This document shows, one piece after another, positions 11,317 through 30,966 of a DNA stretch of 64,000 nucleotides. Every line of letters begins with the position of its first letter. The first letter of the stretch is position 1. The stretch is from assembly GCA_009602735.1 (NCBI GenBank), contig WELA01000963.1, forward strand, positions 186,025-250,024. The letters are read 5' to 3'. The DNA is from Mesotaenium endlicherianum. Its lineage: Eukaryota. The notes under the pieces are model-generated. The model saw only the letters and a list, made by a program, of their open reading frames with translations, made no database searches and was not told where the DNA came from. Made by a program: the position numbers and the translations under genes.

Positions 11317-14300
11317 ATGCAGAAGCTTGGAGCCTCGAGGAAGCGGAAGGGAAATCAAGCTGCACCTAGTAAGCCGAAGCGCTCTAAGGGCCGTGCTGTA
11401 GATAACGATCCCTTCTTCCAGAAAGCTGATGAAGCCCTCAGCTCAGACGAGGACGACACCCAATATGATGGGCGTCGGGAGGACATAGAGGAGGATGGAT
11501 TTGTGGAGGAGGAGACTGCGGACGAAAAACGCCTTCGAGTAGCTAAGGCATTTCTCAACCGTGTAAAAGCTGCAACTAGGGGAGGAGAGGATGATGAGGA
11601 CGGTGAAGATGATGACGAATTTGAGGTGGGGCGGGACGAGAAAGAGGGGGCAAGGGACTCCATGGTAGCTGCTCGTCTTCAGCAGCAGCAGCTGGAAGAC
11701 AGCGGTCGAGTCTTGCGCAAGATAGCTGAGAGGTAAGATCTGTTATTGATAATTCGTGCATGAGCTGCATGCATTCGTCTTTGACTCGCGATCAATTATA
11801 CTTACTAAGGGGGCATCTAACCATCAGAGGGCTTGCACCTTAATTCTCCAGCAAGAGTTGCATGACATCAACTGTAAGCTATTCCATGCACTGCAGACCT
11901 GGTTCCCCTGATGATGAGGTTGTACTTAATATGGAGAAGGAGGAGATCACAGTGGTTGCCAGGCCACTGAGCTGGGTTGTGGCATGCAGATGAAAAGTGA
12001 AGCTTTGCCGGCGAGTGGGGGAGAAATTAATCTGCCAGACAGGGAAAAACTGACGCTTTTGTGGAAAGAGCAGATTGTAAGAAGTTCCTGAGCGATCAGA
12101 TTGAATACTCTTTCATGGCTGCCTTCTTGAAGTATGCAAGCCAGGCCTGGGTCTGGCCAAAATCATTTAGGAGTGGCTGGGGTTAGAAGCTGGCCGACAA
12201 TCACCTGATGATTAGGGACAAGCAGTGCAGCTTTGTGCGCACTCGTGTTTAGTAGAGGGTATGGCCCCGCCTGGCACGCAGGAACAGTTTTTCAACCTTC
12301 AGTGCCCTCCTTGCATGGTGCTCGCGCCTGCAGTGTGTGCTGCTAAAGCAGCAGCAGCAGCTGCAATTTGAGCTGCGGAGGGAATGAAGGGGGGAGGGGG
12401 GGGGAGAACGGGGGGAGGTGGCTTTTGCTGATTTCTGTGCCTCCACACAGAAACGATCGCCAGACAGACCACTTGCACAGCGCCAGGTAGCAAGTCTCCG
12501 CGCGCGCCATGTGGCGGAAGTGCCGACCTGGGCAGTGCAACGTGAGCGCGGAGAAAGACCACCCTGACGCTTCGTCTTTGTCCGGGTCTCCGTCTGCTCG
12601 TGTGGCAGAGTAGAGAGGCCGGCTGCCGCGTCCGAGGGCCGGGCAGTGGGCAGACGGCATCGCCAGGCGGTGACATGTGTCGCCCTCTCGGACGACGACA
12701 GGCTGGGGTTTGCCGCGTCCAAAGACGGCCTCCTAGTGCAGTGGGACGTGGAGACTAATCAGAGCGACAAGTACGAGTGGCTGGGCCAGGAGGCGTCCAC
12801 CTCGGGCAGTGGCAGCCATGCTGCAGCAGGAGAGGCCGGAAGCGGGGCAGGGGCGGCCAAGAAGAGGGGGGCCAAGGCAGGACAGAAGGGGAAGGGCGGC
12901 AGCAGGCACGTGCTGGCGCTGGCTGTGAGCTCTGACGGGCGGTACCTCGCGGGCGGCGGGTTTGACCGCAAGGTGCACTTGTGGGACGTCCGCACGCGCC
13001 AGCACCTCCAGGTGGGTTTAGAGTGTGATACGGCAAGAGAGAGAAAGTGGGGAAGGGAGGGAGGGAGGGAGAGAGAGAAAGAGGGGAACAGAGGGAGGGA
13101 GAGGGAGAGGGAGAGAAAAGAGGGGGGTGGGAGGGAGAGAGGGAGCATCAGTGCATCTCCTCCCTCGCTTGCTTGCCCATGCACCTGGAGTCATGAATAC
13201 ATGCTGCAGATCCATGGGGGAGGAGGGGGCACAGGCAATTGTTATACTCAGTAATTTAGAGATGCCACTCACACGCAAGCAGGCCCGGAAAGTTCCATGA
13301 GCTCCTTGGGCCTTTCTTTGTGTTTTGCGGCAACTTCCTTCCACCCCCTACCTCCCCCTTAAACCCAAGACCCCCATTCAGGCCCACGCCTGGCCCACGC
13401 CTGGCCCTCGAATGGCGCAGAGAGAGGGAGATTGAAGGAGAGCTGTCAAGCAGGCAACGGCAAGATGGAGGGGAGAGGGGGAGGGAGACTTTGTAGCCAT
13501 GTTCTCACGCTTCTATTTAACAAGCTTCCGCCGGCTGGCTGGCTGGTTGGCCGGGCTGGGGACGTGGCATTGGGGGGGNNNNNNNNNNNNNNNNNNNNNN
13601 NNNNNNNNNNNNNNNNNNNNNNNNNNNNNNNNNNNNNNNNNNNNNNNNNNNNNNNNNNNNNNNNNNNNNNNNNNNNNNNNNNNNNNNNNNNNNNNNNNNN
13701 NNNNNNNNNNNNNNNNNNNNNNNNNNNNNNNNNNNNNNNNNNNNNNNNNNNNNNNNNNNNNNNNNNNNNNNNNNNNNNNNNNNNNNNNNNNNNNNNNNNN
13801 NNNNNNNNNNNNNNNNNNNNNNNNNNNNNNNNNNNNNNNNNNNNNNNNNNNNNNNNNNNNNNNNNNNNNNNNNGCCCGCCTGCCTGCTCACCTGCTCTCC
13901 TGCTTGCCCGCCGGCCTGCCCCACCTGCGTGCTTGCCCGCCTGCTTGCCTGCCGTCTGTCCCGCCGCATCCCCCCGCCCCGCCCGGGCTCTCCCTCCCCT
14001 TCCGTACCATAGAGAATCTGATGTTCTTCCCTTTCTCCACTCCCAAGAATACGATCCAAAAGAGAAATCAGCAATGCGCGCGCCTCTTCTCCCCCTCCTG
14101 CGCATGGCAGTGATAGTCCTACCGCGCGGAGCTTTGCACAAAAACCCTCTGGCCTCCAAGCCCATTTGTTGGACTGAAAGAGAACGTTGCGCTGGTACTT
14201 CCTGGGCGCAAAGGGGGGCGCATTGTAATCATCTTCTTACCCAAAAAATAAACTTTTTCTGCCCTAGAGCCCCACTCCCTGCTCTGGCCGCCGCTGCTGC

Positions 14301-17165
14301 TGCTGCTTCTGCTGCTGCCGGTGCATGCGTGGGCAGGCATGAAACTTCTTGTTTCACTAGCAGCAGCAGCAGTAGCCGCAGCTGCCAGGGGGCAAGGTTT
14401 CCCTTGGTCGGTTGCCACCACGTAGTGCATGTGCAGAGGCGCGCTTTGAGAGGAGAGTGGCGGCGTCTTCCTTTGAGCTCTGAATCACGCCACTCCCACT
14501 CTGTGTGTCGCTCGTCCTCATAGCAGCAGCTCCATCAGCGGCAGCAGCAGACACTCAGTAGGAGCCCGGCGGGCGACACTTGAGCACAAGCACAGTGTCT
14601 GCTGCTCCACCCATTTGTCCCCTGGTCACAACCAAGCACTGCTTGCTGCCCCCTCTCTCTCTCGCTCTCTCTCTCCCGGGCACCCATCTCCAGGCCACCT
14701 CCCCCCTTCCAGGACCGACCAAAGCGGGCGCAGGGGGCGCGCTGCTCAAAGCGCTTGAGCGTATATAAGCGAGTGACCTTGTGATGTGTGCGTTGGCGTG
14801 GTGTGGGTATGGGGGGGAATTGGGGGGGCTGGTGATGACAGGTGGCGGACGAGACGCAGCTGGTGTTTCGCGGGCACGCGGCGTCCATCGACTGCTGCGC
14901 GTTTGTGACGGCCAACGACTTCGTGTCGGGCTCCGAGGACGGCGCCGTGGCGCTGTGGTCCGGCGTGAAGAAGAAGCCCGTGCACATCTTCCGCGGCGCT
15001 CACGGCCCCGCCGCTGCGGCCGCCGCCGCCTCTGCCGCCGCCAAGCACTGCGCGCACCCTTCCCCCCAGCAGCAGCAGCAGCAGCCTGATGTGCGTACAC
15101 GCACCTGGCCCCCCAGCCCGCCAGCCTGCCTGCAAGCCTGCGTGCCTCCCTGTCTGTATTTTGCCCCGCATTCCTGCATGCCTTCCTGTCTGTTTGTGAC
15201 ATGCATGCAGGGGAATGAAGTGTGGGGGGTGTAGGGTCTAGGGGTTTTACGTCGTCACCTGGAGGGAGCCGCTCTGTGAATCGTACGCTCATGGGCTGGG
15301 GTCATCTGTAACGTCAGGCTGGCTGGCGTGCGTGCAGTGCATGCTTGGAGGCTGACTGATGATGTTCGCCAGTTGGGGCCCGTGCAAGTGGAGGCACGCA
15401 GCAGAGAGGAATGAGAGAGAGGAGACGGAAAGAACAACGGGGGGTGCGGGGATAGAAGCAGCCAGGTGGTGCATGTGCATCCAGCCTCGTGACTCTCATG
15501 GAACGCACCCAGGCCGGCAGTATGTGGGATGCAGGAAGGGACGTGCGGTGGCTGTGTGGCTCCCCTTTGCTGGATGGATGCACTCGCTCTCTCGCTCTTT
15601 CGATCTCTCTCACACATTGCAGTGCTACTTGAGTGGGTTGTGTGAGTGAGTGGCTGACAGGGAAGCAGAGAGTGGGGTTGGGGGGGGGGAATGTTGGGAG
15701 CGAGTGTGCGGGGAGCAGGAGCACGAGGAAACTGAGGATGAGGATGAGGAGGAGGAGCGGCCAACAGAGTCCAAGAGCACGCTCGACGAAGGTGTGTGTT
15801 TGTGTGTGTGAGTGGCCGTGTGTGCGCGCCATTAGTGCATGGCGTAGGCAGCGGTAATGGCTGCTGGGCTGAGCCAGAGAGAGATGCTTGTGCAGATGTC
15901 AGCTGCCGTCATGTGCTGGGCCTGCCACTGAGGGGCGTCGCCTGGGTTCTCTGGTGCCTTCACCCTCCTTGCACGGTTGCGTGGGGCCCGCTTGCCCGAG
16001 GGAGCGCACACGTGATTGCATTCTACCTCCCATCTTGACTCCGCAACGATTTCTGTTGTCCCAGAGCCACCGGCAATGCGTCTCAGTGGGATGAGCACCC
16101 GTGATCCGGCCAGCCGTCTCATGCGGTGTTCTGTGCGTCTGCGCGTGCTTGTGTGTGTGTGTATGTGTGCGGGCGCGTGTGCCCGGGCTTGGGCGTGGGC
16201 GTGGGAGCGTGTGCAGGCGGTCATGCGGCTGCAACAGCAGCAGCAGCCAACGGCCATGCAGAAGCCAGTCGTCTGAGTGCGCCCCTGATGGGGGGCGAGG
16301 GAGGGGCGGCAGAGGGATGGGTCGGCTCCGTGGCCGTGTGCCGAGGGAGCGACCTGGCAGCCAGTGGCGCGGGCGACGGGTACGTGCGGCTGTGGGGCTG
16401 CGGGGGCGAGCCCCGGCGCCTGAGGCCGCTGCACAGCCTCCCTGTTGTGAGTCTCTGCTCCCCCGTCTCCTTGGCTTTGAACCTGCCTGCGTGTCGGTCG
16501 TTGCCCGTCAACGAGGGCAACCAAGCATCTTAACTCCTCGTTGGTCCAGCTGGCAGTACGCCCGTGTGATGCCTCTAGGCTCCTTGTTGATCCTGACCCA
16601 GATCTGCATGAGGGGTGCCTCACCTCGTACTGCATGCATGCAGGTACGCATACGTTGATGCAAGTGTACCTCCAACTTGCATGGAGCTAGTCATGATGCT
16701 CTGTGGGCTATTTGCGGGCGCTAGTGTAGAGGCCTTCACGCAGCTCTGGGGGGTTGACACTGCGCCGCGTGGCTTGTTTGTGCAGAGGGGGTTTGTGAAC
16801 GGCCTAGCGCTGGCGCACAGCGGGCGGTTCCTCATTGCCGGCACCGGACAGGTGGGCAGCCGGACAGCCTCGCTGCTTGCCTCTCTCCTGCTTGTCAAAT
16901 CTCGTTGCCTCCTGCAGCAGTACCTTTGCTCTGCTCCGTCATGACCTGCTTATGTAACCCGGCACCTCTTTATGTCGGCTTGAAAGTCAGCACATGCGTC
17001 TCAGCGGACTCAGACTTACATGGGCTACAGCATGTTGGCGGAGCTCTCAACTGATGCTCGCGGACACGTTGTGGCGTGCAGGAGCCTCGATTGGGGCGCT
17101 GGGGCCGGATATCCGAAGCGCGGAATGGCGTCATCATGCACCCCATTTCGCTACGAGACGACTAG
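11317..17165 (+). CDS. RRP9: U3 snoRNP-associated WD40 protein (RRP9/U3-55K/YAO family); several central exons probably missing, partly in the 13579-13873 gap
   Basis: Exons about 11317-11732, 12609-13011, 14842-15090, 15719-15791, 16217-16446, 16785-16851, 17082-17165. Acidic N-terminus with ETADEKRLRVAKAFL; WD40 repeats (HRQAVTCVALSDD, HVLALAVSSDGRYLAGGGFDRKVHLWD, GHAASIDCC, GFVNGL); diagnostic C-terminal GQEPRLGRWGRI..ARNG. Confidence 0.92.
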
Positions 17166-18136
17166 CCTCTGCTTCTTGCGGGATAGCACTCACCTCGATG
17201 CTGCGTAGGCTGCCCTAGATAAGCAATGGGATTTTAGTGCTGCACTTGCAGTCCAGCCAGCACTGTCTGTGCTGGCCAGGATTGTTAGGTACCATGCATG
17301 CTTGCTTGTTTCATCGAGGTCATGTCCTGGAATGGGGTACTTGTATTCCTTGCAGCAAATAGATTAGCAAAGGTGCTGTTCTCACTTGCAGAAGGGCATG
17401 ATGTTGAATGAGCACCTTGTGGGCAATATTAGAAAGGTTGACATGCGCGTACATGTATCACCTCGTGCGCTACAATTTTTACAACTCACAAGCCTGATCG
17501 ACCATATGTGGTGCATGTGACTGGTCCACTCACAGAATCTGCGAGGGAATGTACTTTTTAATCTACCCTTGTAACATGTTGGAGCCATACGCTAGCTGCC
17601 CCCTGCTCCTGTGACGAGATATCTGGGCCATATGTTTTGATTGCATGTTCAAGGTATAAGTCCTTTAAGGTGCTGTACTAGCATGAATACCACTCTGATG
17701 GTGGGCTCTAACTTCGATACTTGGTGTCCATATAGTATTGTTTTTTTTTTGAAGAAGTGACAACTTTCTTCAGAAATAGGAATATAAAAATAATTGCCCG
17801 CTTTATTAAAACAACGACTTTTGATAGAAGGATAAATTATTTTCACGATATTAATGGTCAAGATATGGTTGAAGACTATCCATGTGCCAAACCCGGATCA
17901 ATGTGCTTGTGCATCATCGAAGGTTCGATTTGGCAGCCCTCCAGCCATGCCAAACTCAAAGGTGCCAAACTTGCTTCCACTCTAATAAGTAGAGTGAGTA
18001 GGCTAGCCACACCATGCTATCAGCCACAACAAGTAGAGAGACTAGGCTGACGACACCACTTGAGGTGCGCAGGGGAAAGTCACACGCATGCGATTTTCCA
18101 ACTCACAGACTAGGAAAGCCGGGCACATCCGGGGAA

Positions 18137-18563
18137 CTAGTAGCGCGTCTTGACGCCCGGCAGCGTGCTGCCCGCAGACTTCCACCCGACGGCCTTCTCG
18201 AACCCGTTCTTGCCGTACTGGTAGTCCTGCATGGCCTGGCTGAGCTCCTCGCGCGTGTTCATCACAAAGGGCCCGTACTGCGCCACGGGCTCGTTCAGGG
18301 GCTGCCCGCAGATGAGCATGAAGCGGCACTCCTCGCCCGAGTGGTTCCACACGCTCAGCCCGTCGCCCGGGCCCAGCTCCACTGTGCAGTGGGCCTGCAC
18401 CTCGGGGTCGTCTCTCGCACCAAACGTGGCCTTGCCCTTGAGAGTGTAAGCGAAGCCGTTCCACCCCTCCGGGATCGGCTGGTGCATCTCCGAGCCGCTC
18501 TGCCGTCGTCGCGAATGCGGCCACACACGACGCACACCCGAACGCGCGCACACACGCACACGA

Positions 18564-18597
<34 letters not shown>

Positions 18598-20385
18598 ACG
18601 GACACACACACACGCACACATACATCGAGAGGGAGGTATGGTGAGGCTCAGCTCTCGCAGGCAGCTGGCGCTCCGCCAGCGACACGCCTGCATGGGCAGC
18701 TCACACCAGACAGGAAGAAACTCACGCTGCCAATCTCTCCGTATTAGAAAAGTGAAATGCGCATTTCAGTCCCCCAGACGCAGCAGATAGTTGGCAGAGA
18801 GCTGTGCGCGAGGCTGCGCCAGCAGCATGGCTCCCGTGCTGCATGCACGTCGCCCCAACACAGCGCAGTGCACACACGGGCACTCCAGGGATGGGCCAGT
18901 GGAGCAGCAGCAGCAGCAGCACCTGCATGGTGAAGTCGAGGAACATGGTGGGCGTGCGCGTGTAGATGGGCGACGTGGTCCCCATGGATGTGCCTGCGAT
19001 CACGCGCACCTTCACGCCGTCCTTCTCCACCTCCGGGATCTCCGAGCTCGACAGCTCCTGGTACGCAGGAGGGACCCTGAGAGAAGGGCGAAAGCGAATT
19101 GGGGGGGCGAGAGGAAGAGAGGTCAATATGAGATAGGACAGAGAGAGCACGATCATGCAGAGAATGGGCTCGCCTGTTTCCTGAGCGGGATACAAGCTCG
19201 GAAGAAGGTGAGACTCCGAGTGTGTGGGACAAGCGCATCATAGTTGCCATCCCCTACTGCTGATTAAGGGCCCCTTTGCCGTATGGTGCGGCAGCAAGCA
19301 GAGACATTGCGTTTGCAGAGAGCATCTCCTGTGTGAGCGGAAGTGTCCGAGAGTAGACAGCACTCCTTACATCTTGTCCTTAGCCGACAAGTTGACCCAG
19401 AGCTGGAGAGCGTGGTTCTCGTCGAACGTCGCCGGCAGTCCGTTGTGCAGCATGCCCCTGCCAGCTGTCATCCACTGCACCCGCCAGCCAGCAACACCCC
19501 CCGACATCAATGAGGCCTCACATGACTTTCTTTCGCAGCAGAGGGTGGCCGCACTGTGTGAAGGGGAAAGGACCAAGAAGCCGCAGCATGCAGCCATGTG
19601 GCATCACAAGGGCTGCTTGCCAGTAGCCTCCGCGCAGCTCTCACAGAGATGTTGGTCCTCGTTTTTTTGTAGCCGTAACAACTGGCTTCCACTTCTCACG
19701 CGTGCTGTCACAAAAGCATTGCAAACTTGTTGGCCCCAGAGTCCATCGGGAAGGCGCCGGCACAGAGGAAACTGGCATGCAGCGTGGCGGCATGCGCGAC
19801 ATCGTGGTGCGTGAAGAGAAGGAAGGCAGCTAGGCCTCCACAACGATGCTGTCGTGGATGGGCGGAATGCAAGTCAGCGTGATGAGGCCTGCATGCCGCC
19901 CTGCCCTTCCTCGTCTGCAATTGAGACAGCACTGCCGATTCCAAACTGCCTCTGGGGCCCTTGTCCAAGCAGAGGAAGGTTGTCATTTACATGTAAGTAG
20001 TCGAGGCCGGCTTCCCAATACAAACTGACACTCTGCTGCAGACCGAGGCATGATGGAGGCCACATATGCAAGAGCTGCTGCAGCCTGGCGAAAGAAGCTG
20101 CAGCCCCAGCCAGGCGATTCTACTACTGCTGGGTAGTACAACCACCAAGACACTCTTTCTTGTCACAGCATACTGAGGCTGATGGACAGTCCCCTCTCAA
20201 CTGCAGCTGCTGCTGCTGCCACTTCCGCGTGACTAACGCCTATCATCAGCTGTCCCAGCCCACTAGCTTCTAATGGCAAGTCTCTCATATTTCTGCAACT
20301 CTAGAGTGTCTGTGCGTGCGCGTGTGTGCATGTGTGTGTGTGTGTGTGTGAGTTGCCTGTGCCTGCGTGCCTGTGCCTGTGCCTC

Positions 20386-20417
<32 letters not shown>

Positions 20418-22611
20418 CCTGTGCACGCACGCGTGTGCAATGTACCAGTGAGCTAGCATATGCTGACATTGCGTAGGCGTGCCCTTGTGCCCGTGTGGGC
20501 ATGAGCGAGAGAGCAGGCGAGCAGCAGGTACCTGAAGATCGCCGGCTTTGATGACACCTCTGTTGCCCAAAAAGTCCTCGTGCGACATGGCCCCCTGGAG
20601 GAGGAGGGAAAGCAACCACATCACGGCTTCAGCTCCTGTTCCTGGGCCCGGGTGTGGGCGTAGCAAGCACAAGGAGACACCTCTGCCGCACGGCTAGCTG
20701 CGCTGCTCGACTCTCGCCCGAAAGTTATCCATCTCCCCGTTCCAAAACACAAACTCAATGCGCTGGCAGAGAAGCGGCTAAAGAAAGTCCAGGGATGGCT
20801 CAGGCGAGCAGGCAGTGAGAGCTGCTTCCACGAAAGCAGACCACTTTCCACGTAATTTGAACTGCTCCGACTGCATATGAAAGGCTGCAATCAACCGACT
20901 GGCAGAAGATCAAGCACAAGCTTCCCCCAACACCTGTCAGGATGCATTGCAAACGATTGCATGAGCTGAATCATTCATTCAGCACACGTAAAATGCTGAT
21001 CGAATGATCCTCTCACCTCGAGCACATATGTGACAGTCTCGAAGCCTGCTTCCATCCAACCCAGCCCAAAGCAGCACAGCAGACAGCTGCCCAGCTCTTT
21101 CAGCAGACGCTACGAGGAGACGAAGCTGAAAAGCCTGATTGAGTTCTCAGCCGTCTGCAGCCACTCGTTGTGCCCCAACACCCCCCAGGCATGATCCAAG
21201 CCAGATACATCTCCAGGAGTTGCTCTCGGGACCACCAGGCACACTCTGAGCCATTGAGCCATTTCAGTGGGTTCACATGCATGCTATCAGCAAGGTGCTG
21301 CCAGGTCTAAAGGGTGGCTTCACTTCACAGCAAGGGTACGCTCTGAGCAGGTGCCAACCAGGGCCCAAAGTTTGCCAGTCTCGTCATTGATTGCTGCAGT
21401 ATACTAGTGTTGCTGCTATGATGGACTTTCTATACCTGTAATTCAGCCCATGCAGGAGTTGATAAAAACTGAGGTTGCATGGAACACCCTGGGCGAGAAA
21501 AAACAGCAAATTACCTCTGTGAGGGTGGTCAGGAAATCCAGCAGGAGGCTTCACTGAGCAACACGCCAACACACCAGCAGCAGGAGTCAATACAGCAATG
21601 CTATCGGAACTTTTGAGCATCCCAATTTGGTACTGCTGTTCACAAAAAGCTACAGTGCAACCAATCATCCAGAAATTGGCTCCTCAGAAAGAGGAAGAAT
21701 GATACCGCTGATTGTTAAGAGGAATGTACGCAGAAACAGTTGTTGTGATAGGAGAAACAGTTGTTGTCGTAGTGTTTTCTGCTCACATGTCCTTGGCTCA
21801 GAGACATAGCCGATGGACTATCAATCATAAGTTTCCACAGCATTATACACTATGTCCTGATACCTCTCAAATCACTCGAGTACGCAAGCGAGCACTCGAT
21901 TACCTCCATTAAAGGAGTATAGACTGGTCCAAACGATCACTCAATCACATTGTGTAGAATGATAGCAGCAGTCAAACTTGCAGACTGACACTATTGTATA
22001 ACTTGACACTGATCTGGCCCGTTCTGAGACGAGAATGAAGTGCACGACTCCCTGCATATTTCTCTAAATGCTCACCTCGTGCCTCATCAAGCATGAGGAA
22101 AGGATCCAAATTTCGCATCTCCGGCCTGCAGGCAGATATAAAATATGCTCATTCAGCAGCCAGGAGTATCCGACTCGAACCAAGCGATCAAGTAAGCTAT
22201 CCACCTCCATGACGCCAGAGGAGTGCATTAACCCAACGTCAAAACTACAGAAGGGACACCACTGTTAACAGATACAAGGGGCAAAATGTGCTACCTGCCG
22301 ATACTCCGCCATACGCGAACTCCTTCCCCTTCACCCTGCTCTCTGGATGGAAGCTTTCGAAGGACGGGTCTAGGCTTCTTAAATGTTATACTTGTTCCAT
22401 TAGCCGTGGAGGTTGCTTCTGAACTCATGTTGCGAATTTGGTTTTGTACACTTTTGCTGGCACGGACTACTGCAGAGGGCTTTAAAGTGCGATAAAAGAA
22501 AACAGCAGTAGGAGCTATGGCGAACATGAGGGCGATAAGTACGAGGTACTGTGCCCAATGCTCTTGCTGTCTGACACCCTTCCGCTTCCCTTTTTGTTTA
22601 TTCACGGCCAT
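18137..22611 (-). CDS. Pirin-family bicupin protein with an N-terminal hydrophobic extension
   Basis: Exons 22295-22611, 22076-22125, 21515-21553, 21017-21045, 20532-20594, 19371-19474, 18923-19076, 18137-18499. Motifs [72 protein letters not shown]. Splice phases are consistent throughout. Confidence 0.95.
18548..18620. repeat. (CA)n/(CACG) microsatellite, last pirin intron
   Basis: Directly visible. Confidence 0.9.
20323..20417. repeat. (TG)n microsatellite cluster, pirin intron 5
   Basis: Directly visible. Confidence 0.9.
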
Positions 22612-23912
22612 GTTGACGAACTGCACCCCTCTTTATTACTTTATGGGTGCGAGCTTCGAAGTACCACCGGCATCATTTTACATTGACGTGATCACTCGAA
22701 GCTCTGTTGACGCCTGGTTGACGCCGCGAGTTCCTTTGCTCAGCTATGAGTCCTCCACTGCGAATAAACGTACTGTGCTGTACTGTGCAGCGAATTTGCA
22801 GAAACATCACTCAGTAAATTCTTGGTCTGTATAAATTTTGTGTAAGTGAATATGTGGAGTGATACAATGTGAATGGTCAGCTCTCTCGAGGCCCTCTAGG
22901 TAAAAGATACACCATATTACCACATATTATCGTGAATTCAAAGACGCGCGTCCGACTTCGGGGTCATGTTGATTTTGGCGCAACATTCTGATGCAATAAA
23001 GGGGCTAGCTAATTCATTTTGTTCTTGCCTACTTCAAATACGGCGTTACTTTCACCTTCTTCTCAGAAATATCGTGGAGCAGATAGAGTGCGCCCATCAG
23101 CGCCCATGCTTACTATTGCTCACGTGAACTTCGTACTTTTGTCCGTTGCCTACCACTGCCAGACTCGTCAGTGGTCCCTGGCACCTGCCCTGTCCGGCTC
23201 CGGATTGCGCTCGGACCTGCCCGGACCAAGCCCACAAACTGCAAGCACATCAAGAGCGCGGGAGTCGGTGCGACACAGGACGCGATCGACGAAGAATCCA
23301 GGGGCCGGGTCAAGTCAAAAAAGGTCAAAGCACTCCTGTATCCCCCGCGCTGTTGAAGAACAGCGTATATACCGCCACGTATACAAAACAGCAGCAGGAA
23401 GCGTCCCCAGCGTCAGCCCTGGTAGGCGAACTTCGAGCGTACTGACTGGTCCTGACCTGCTTTGACACCGTACGACCGACAGGCGATTCTTGAATCTTGT
23501 ATCAGTGAGCTACCGACATACAACCTAACACTTGACAACAGGATTCTAGGTCTTTCACTAAAGTACAAGCATAAGGACTTAAGCCACGAATCCTGAAGAC
23601 AATAGTATGGTAACAAGAACTCTTGAACATAACATACCACAAAGACAATGGATAGAAGCTCTGACCCAAGCAGCATTTAATGGACTACACAACTATAATA
23701 GCTGGAAAATAAGGGATGGGCCGAGATGTTAGGTGCACAATCGTCACGAAATCAATCAGCACTTTGATTAGCTCCAAAAGCATGTATATAATATATCCAA
23801 AAGTGCCATTCTCAGATATTTTGGGTTCCCTACAAATCTGTAACCTGTCTACTTTTTCAAGGCGGATATAAAAGAAAGGATTTCCTTCCTCTCGCTGGTG
23901 ATACTGGCTTGT

Positions 23913-30349
<6,437 letters not shown>

Positions 30350-30909
30350 CTTGAAAACTACAACTGTACTGTTACGAAGGTTGTCGCTGTAAGCTGTATT
30401 TGTTTGAACTACCACCCTAAGGAGGACACAGTTACTGCATGTCACCGTCACATACACCTACTCCTACTTGGAACTAGAAAGCATGCGTACTCATAAGGCA
30501 CCTCCCCCACACCTTTATATAAAGCACCTGTGTCAACTTCCAAGACAATTATAGACAGCACTTCCAAGTCTGGAGTGTAGAAGCTATTAGTTGTTCGCCC
30601 GACCTCTGCGTACCGACCGTTTCCTCAGTCTGCTGCCATCCATTACGAAAGATTGGGACAGGAAGTCATGCATTCCCCTTATATTTTGACCTTAAATTAA
30701 ATTCATCAGTCTGTACCGCTTCTTTTCCCCTGCCAGCAGGGGTAATTTCCCCACTACCATTTGACGCCTTCGTGGCGACGTTGAATGACTTCACAATTGG
30801 CGATGGTGGGTGAGCACGACGCACCCATGCACACCCATGCTCCCAACATGCCCCCAACATGTTCGCTAAAGATGCCGTCTATAAAAAAATGGAAACATAT
30901 ATCTACCAA

Positions 30910-30966
30910 AATTCAATCAACTTCAACCCAATTCAACTCAATTCAACTCAATTCGACTCAATTCAA
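30910..30966. repeat. Short tandem repeat with ~10-bp unit CAATTCAACT, upstream of CUL1
   Basis: caattcaact caattcaact caattcgact caattcaa, plus degenerate upstream units. Confidence 0.85.

Noticed and set aside
11905..11976. Possible intronic C/D snoRNA (ATGATGA...CTGA) in RRP9 intron 1
   Set aside because: Weak terminal stem and no rRNA-complementary guide that I can recognise; such box pairs arise by chance.
19874..20040. Possible degenerate alternative copy of the pirin metal-binding exon (…[11 protein letters not shown]…)
   Set aside because: Similarity is limited to a few residues, with no WMTAG or LQLW motif; likely chance.
23019..23465. 148-aa ORF between pirin and CUL1
   Set aside because: Non-ATG start, no recognisable motif, no codon bias or clear splice context.
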